The translations under genes and the position numbers were made by a program. 58,242 nt of DNA from an uncultured Gammaproteobacteria bacterium (GTDB taxonomy: Bacteria; Patescibacteriota; Microgenomatia; JAMCZE01): NCBI GenBank assembly GCA_964431075.1, contig CAYSID010000002.1:1-58242 (forward strand). The letters are read 5' to 3'. The notes below the pieces were generated by a model, which ran no database searches, was not told the origin of the DNA, and saw only the letters and a list, made by a program, of their open reading frames with translations. This document shows positions 54,293 through 58,242 of the stretch, one piece after another. The stretch's first letter is position 1. Each line of letters begins with the position of its first letter.

Positions 54293-54564
54293 TATCCTCT
54301 ACCAACCATTTCCATCAATACAATGTTTTGAGCAGGAGTCAATGGACTATCTCCACTTATTTGCTCAGGCGTCAATTCTGGCAATCCCAGTCCTTCTAAA
54401 ACTCCATTAAGCATCCCCAGCCGACCCTCTCGTAAAGCTTCTGGCGATGGTGACTTGACGCCGTAAGATTTTGCAACAAGTTCGGTTATAAGATCACACA
54501 AAGGCTCTTTGGGTTTACTCGCCATATTTTGGGCTATTCTCTCTCTCTCTGCACTATAAGTCAA
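54292..54564 (-). CDS. hypothetical protein (90 aa)
   Basis: ORF only. No motif recognised. Its stop abuts repeat copy D. Confidence 0.4.
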   Translation of the reverse strand: MTYSAERERIAQNMASKPKEPLCDLITELVAKSYGVKSPSPEALREGRLGMLNGVLEGLGLPELTPEQISGDSPLTPAQNIVLMEMVGRG

Positions 54565-54597
54565 TACCCGAAAATTATAGGCCTATCAACCTAATTT

Positions 54598-54621
54598 CGC
54601 CTGCCTGCCGGCAGGCAGGCG
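54598..54621. repeat. perfect 24-nt GC-rich palindrome CGCCTGCCTGCC|GGCAGGCAGGCG
   Basis: Read directly from the sequence. It lies in the divergent intergenic region upstream of the pilin gene set. Confidence 0.9.
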
Positions 54622-54685
54622 CCTGCGTTTGTAGGTGGAAAATTGTTTTTATTATTTTAGTTGCAAAAAGTGCTACACTTTTAGG

Positions 54686-55162
54686 GTGAGAAAAAAAGGA
54701 TTCACGTTGGTTGAGATGCTGGTGGTGATGGGGATTTCCGCGATTTTAGTGGCTTTTTCCACCGTTAATATCTTGGGGCTTCAGCAAAGAACACAATTGA
54801 GTTCAAAACTGGACACCCTGGTTACCGATTTTCGGGCGCAGCAAGTCAGGGCGATGATCGGAGAGGCGGATGACAGCGGGAATATTGTTGCCAGAGGAAT
54901 TCATTTTGATAGCAACCGTTATGTCCTTTACCGCGGATCGGTTTACAATCCGTCCGATCCTTACAATTTCACCGTTAATCTTGAGGGAGAGCGGTTTGTC
55001 AATATTAATTTCCCCAACGCTAATCTGGTTTTTTCTCCGGGCTCCGGCGAGCCGGTTAATTTTTCTCCCGGGGAGGACAGTGTCACTCTCCAACAGGAGT
55101 CCGGAGGAATCCAGAAAACCGTTACTGTTAATAAGTATGGGACAATTATTTCGGTTGATTAG
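54686..55162 (+). CDS. type IV pilin / pseudopilin-like protein
   Basis: VRKKG|FTLVEMLVVMGISAILVAF is a class III (prepilin) signal with Glu at +5. I prefer the GTG at 54686 to the track start at 54635. Confidence 0.8.
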   Translation: MRKKGFTLVEMLVVMGISAILVAFSTVNILGLQQRTQLSSKLDTLVTDFRAQQVRAMIGEADDSGNIVARGIHFDSNRYVLYRGSVYNPSDPYNFTVNLEGERFVNINFPNANLVFSPGSGEPVNFSPGEDSVTLQQESGGIQKTVTVNKYGTIISVD

Positions 55163-57131
55163 AGACGAGACCGGGCAATCATTGGTGGAGCTCTTACTGG
55201 TATTTGCCCTTTCGGCGATTTTGTTGCCGGCGGTTTTGACCGGGGTATTGTCGTCGCGTGAAGGTAAGTCCCAGCAGAAAGAACGGGCGAGGGCGTTGGA
55301 AATTCTGCGGGAGATGAACGAATCCGTAAGGAGTGTCAGGCGTAAGGGGTGGGATAGTTTTGCTGTGAACGGCAGTTATTATCCGGTCATTTCCGGCAAT
55401 AATTGGAGTCTGGTAAACGGGGTGGCCACCATTTCCGGCTTCACCCGGCAGATTTTAATCTCTGATGTTTTTCGGGATAACGATGGTAAAATTTCGTCGC
55501 AAGCCGGCATCGTTGATCCCTCAACTAAAAAAGTCGTTTCCCGGGTATCATGGACCGAACCGTATCCATCTTCAGTGGAGTCAGTCGCATATTTAACCCG
55601 GTATTTGGACAATCTTTCCGTAATTCAAACGACGGAAGCCGATTTCTTGGCCGGGACGACAAACGGGACTTCAGTAACTAATACGGCCGGGGGAGAAGTA
55701 ACTCTTGGGGCTGGGGCTCAAGCCAATTGGTGCGCTCCTCAGGACGCCATTCGGGAAACCTTGACTTTGCCCAAGCGGGGGAATGCCATATACGCCAAAC
55801 AAGGCTCGGCGTATGTGGCCAGCGGCGACGGGACCGAGGGGGTGACCTTTGTTAATGTGGGGATAAGCAATCCTCCATTACCCGCTTTTCCCGACGCCTC
55901 AATTGTGGGGACATATTCTTCCGGCTATAAAACCAACGCGGTCTTTTCTGACGGCACCTATGTTTATCTGGCCACGGACAACGGTTCGGAGCAGGTGGTG
56001 ATTTTGGATTTAACCAACCAGCCGTATGCTAAAGTGGGAACAGTGACAATCGCCGGCGGTAATCCCGGAAATAGCGTCTTTGTCGCCGGAAACATTTTGT
56101 ATGTGACTTCGGGTGACCGGCTTTATACTTATGATGTCACGGTTAAAACAGGTCCGCACAGTACCCCGTTGGGGTCGCGGGCGATGTGGTTTAATTTTGG
56201 CAGTCAGCCGCAAGCGCGTCAGGTGGTGGTGGTGGGGAATTATGCATTTGTCGGGACCGGCAACAGTCTTTTTGGGTTGCAAAAATTTTTAATAAGCAAT
56301 GGGGGCAGAACGATTACTTTTAAAGGAGCTTCAAATCTAACCTGGAACCAGCAGTCGCAGGGTTTAGCAGTTAACTCTTCTGGAACCCGGGCCTACGTGG
56401 CTTTTAATCAGGGTGCCGGAATTTTTTCCAAAGGTTTTTTTATCGTGGATGTTTCCACCGACCCGCCGTGGTGGTGGCCGTTTCTTCCCATTAAGGGGTC
56501 TTATAATGCCGGAGCCACCGACCCTCGAGGCATGGCCATCGGAACGGGGAACAAAGCTATGATCGTGGGAATTGAGGGGTCGCAGCAGTATCACGTTATT
56601 GATATTACCGGTGATAACCCGGTTTATTGCGGTGGTTTAGCTGTTGCCAGCGGAGTTTACGGTGTGGCATCGGTGCTTGAAGAAGATGGTGATGCTTATT
56701 CTTATCTTATTACCGGGGAATCTCAAGACCAATTTAAAATAATTCAGGGCGGATCGGGTGGACGTTATGCTCCGGCAGGAACTTTTGAATCCGACCCGGT
56801 TAGCCTGGGACACGATACCGCCTTCAACCGCTTAACGGCTACCGTTGACCAGTCACCTCCCGTGACGGGAATTTCTCTGCAGGTGGCAGTTGCTTCCCAA
56901 GTTTCCGGAAGTTGCGCCGGCGCCGATTATACTTACGTGGGCCCGCAAGCCAGTACCAGTGCTTATTTTACTCCTGTGGCCGCATCCATTTCCGCAACCA
57001 TCCCTTTCGGAATTTATCCGCCAAGCTATCAAAATCCCGCCCGTTGTTTTCGGTACAAACTTTTTCTTACTTCAACGGACAACAATCAGACACCGGTTTT
57101 CTATGATATGACCGTGAATTATTCGCCATGA
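55137..57131 (+). CDS. large (664-aa) pilin-like protein with repeated beta-propeller-type (LVIVD-like) modules
   Basis: MGQLFRLIRDETG|QSLVELLLVFALSAILLPAV is a prepilin-type N-terminus. It is followed by six repeats of the form G-x-x-a-Y-V-A...h-x-h-h-D-h-T/S-x-P (55780-56620). The track ORF is over-extended to 54870. Confidence 0.8.
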   Translation: MGQLFRLIRDETGQSLVELLLVFALSAILLPAVLTGVLSSREGKSQQKERARALEILREMNESVRSVRRKGWDSFAVNGSYYPVISGNNWSLVNGVATISGFTRQILISDVFRDNDGKISSQAGIVDPSTKKVVSRVSWTEPYPSSVESVAYLTRYLDNLSVIQTTEADFLAGTTNGTSVTNTAGGEVTLGAGAQANWCAPQDAIRETLTLPKRGNAIYAKQGSAYVASGDGTEGVTFVNVGISNPPLPAFPDASIVGTYSSGYKTNAVFSDGTYVYLATDNGSEQVVILDLTNQPYAKVGTVTIAGGNPGNSVFVAGNILYVTSGDRLYTYDVTVKTGPHSTPLGSRAMWFNFGSQPQARQVVVVGNYAFVGTGNSLFGLQKFLISNGGRTITFKGASNLTWNQQSQGLAVNSSGTRAYVAFNQGAGIFSKGFFIVDVSTDPPWWWPFLPIKGSYNAGATDPRGMAIGTGNKAMIVGIEGSQQYHVIDITGDNPVYCGGLAVASGVYGVASVLEEDGDAYSYLITGESQDQFKIIQGGSGGRYAPAGTFESDPVSLGHDTAFNRLTATVDQSPPVTGISLQVAVASQVSGSCAGADYTYVGPQASTSAYFTPVAASISATIPFGIYPPSYQNPARCFRYKLFLTSTDNNQTPVFYDMTVNYSP

Positions 57132-57580
57132 AAAAACGGGGTTTTACTTTACCGGAATTGCTGGTGTATTGCGGTTTGTTGGCTATACTTCTGGTGGTTA
57201 TTACCAATGTTTTTATGTCCATTCTTAATTTGCAACTGGAAACGGAGACTGTTTCCGGACAGGCCCAGGACGGGCAATACATTTTGTCAAGGTTAAGTTA
57301 TGATTTACGACGGGCTTCATCGGTGACTTCGCCCGCGTTGGGCGGTACAAGCGCGAGTTTGAGTGTCATCATCGACGGCGTCTCTTATCAATACGGGCTT
57401 GACGGCAACAACAATTTAGTGGTCGCGGGACAAGGACAACTGAACAGTTTTTTAACAACGGTTTCCGATCTAAGTTTTACCCATTTAGGAACGGTTGGTG
57501 GAGAGGAAGATACCATCCAGATCGGTTTCAATCTTGGGGACAGGTTTTTTCAGACCACTATTGGTTTGAGGTCCAACTGA
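57128..57580 (+). CDS. pseudopilin / minor pilin-like protein
   Basis: MKKRG|FTLPELLVYCGLLAILLVVI prepilin signal. ATGA overlap with the upstream gene. Confidence 0.8.
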   Translation: MKKRGFTLPELLVYCGLLAILLVVITNVFMSILNLQLETETVSGQAQDGQYILSRLSYDLRRASSVTSPALGGTSASLSVIIDGVSYQYGLDGNNNLVVAGQGQLNSFLTTVSDLSFTHLGTVGGEEDTIQIGFNLGDRFFQTTIGLRSN

Positions 57581-57581
57581 T

Positions 57582-57971
57582 ATGAAGATCAATAACAAGG
57601 GTCAGGCGCTGGTTTTGATTTTAATTTTAGCGGTTGTTATGGTCTCGGTAACAACAGCTGCGGTAGCGATTGTTCTGACTAATTCCCAACTGACAAGCCA
57701 GACGGAGATTGGCAGCCAGGCTCTGGCGGCGGCGGAATCGGGAGCGGAAAATGCGCTTCTTTTACTCTTGCGTGACCCTTATGGCTACCTGGGGGAAACG
57801 ATTGATTTTTTTGATGGCTCGACAGCTCTTGTCTCCATCCCGTCGGGCAATTATCCCAAGACGATGATTTCAACGGGGAAATTCGGTAATTTTACCCGAA
57901 AGGTTGAAATTGGGTTGACTTACAGCAATAATGAATTGGGGATTTCTTTTTGGCGGGAAATCTACCAATAA
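57582..57971 (+). CDS. minor pilin-like protein (PilX-like N-terminus)
   Basis: MKINNKG|QALVLILILAVVMVSV, a hydrophobic N-terminal helix after Gly. 129 aa. Confidence 0.65.
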   Translation: MKINNKGQALVLILILAVVMVSVTTAAVAIVLTNSQLTSQTEIGSQALAAAESGAENALLLLLRDPYGYLGETIDFFDGSTALVSIPSGNYPKTMISTGKFGNFTRKVEIGLTYSNNELGISFWREIYQ

Positions 57972-57977
57972 TAGAAT

Positions 57978-58242
57978 ATGACGAAAAAGACTCAACCCCC
58001 CGTTTTATATCTTTTGAGGAAATCACTACAGTTTTATGACGGAGTCCGGGAGGGGCCTCTAGTCTTGGAATTTGACGGGGAGACTGTTGCCGATTTGGAG
58101 GTTAAAAAGAACGATCTTTTAAACGATCGGATCAGGATATTTATTGAGCAAAATAAGATTACCCCGGTTCCCTTTACGACGGTTTTATCCCCGGAAGTTT
58201 GTTTAGAGACGACTTTTTTCGAAGGAACAGCAGAATCAAAAA
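57978..58242 (+). CDS. hypothetical protein, N-terminal fragment (continues past the right edge)
   Basis: Open frame from the ATG at 57978 to the window end (MTKKTQPPVLYLLRKSLQFYDG...). The position suggests another pilus-cluster gene, but no motif was recognised. Confidence 0.45.
   Translation, partial: MTKKTQPPVLYLLRKSLQFYDGVREGPLVLEFDGETVADLEVKKNDLLNDRIRIFIEQNKITPVPFTTVLSPEVCLETTFFEGTAESK

Noticed and set aside
54870-55136. N-terminal 89 codons of the 753-aa track ORF.
   Set aside because: This stretch overlaps the preceding pilin gene in another frame. The prepilin-type signal (MGQLFRLIRDETG|QSLVE...) begins at the Met at 55137, which is the functional start.
1-58242. Looked for CRISPR arrays, rRNA genes, transposases, integrases and reverse transcriptases.
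   Set aside because: No regularly spaced direct repeats, no rRNA-like sequence, and no ORF with DDE, tyrosine- or serine-recombinase or RT motifs were seen on either strand.

Overview
This is a 58.2-kb, gene-dense bacterial chromosomal window with short intergenic gaps and many ATGA start/stop overlaps. TGA, TAA and TAG are all used as ordinary stops.

Housekeeping backbone: gmd (partial), lon, a ZIP transporter, mscL, an MGMT-type alkyltransferase, and a two-component system with a MacAB-like efflux operon. Also gltX, a D-Ala-D-Ala carboxypeptidase, an archaeal-type aspS, recJ, cca, secDF, greA, lysS, serS, rpoD, efp, two GT39-like membrane glycosyltransferases, and a type IV pilus / T2SS-like cluster (pilB, pilC, four pilin-like genes).

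The archaeal-type AspRS, the many tiny membrane or unknown proteins, the pilus genes and the compact organisation suggest a small-genome Patescibacteria/CPR-like organism. That is an inference only.

RNA genes I could fold by hand: tRNA-Gln(CUG), tRNA-Glu(CUC), tRNA-Asn(GUU), and one non-canonical tRNA-Asp(GUC)-like gene.

Regulatory RNA/DNA:
- a textbook T-box antiterminator/terminator with an Asp (GAC) specifier in the aspS leader
- a terminator inside the greA leader
- a CIRCE-like inverted repeat over the lon promoter

Mobile or repeat content is a 4-copy ~28-nt repeat family. Two inverted copies of it bracket a decayed GIY-YIG nuclease gene.

The accessory highlight is an A+T-rich island starting directly after tRNA-Asn (about 39.2-50.7 kb). 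It is essentially one translationally coupled + strand operon: HTH, hsdR, hsdM, unknown X1, hsdS, unknown X2, unknown X3, a Cas4-like PD-(D/E)XK nuclease, and a DUF262/DUF1524/HEPN (GmrSD-like) gene split by one in-frame TGA.

X1, X2 and X3 share a recurring beta-sandwich-like motif and match no family I recognise. They are my best candidate for an undescribed defence module.

All coordinates of non-ORF features were hand-counted and may be off by 1-2 nt.
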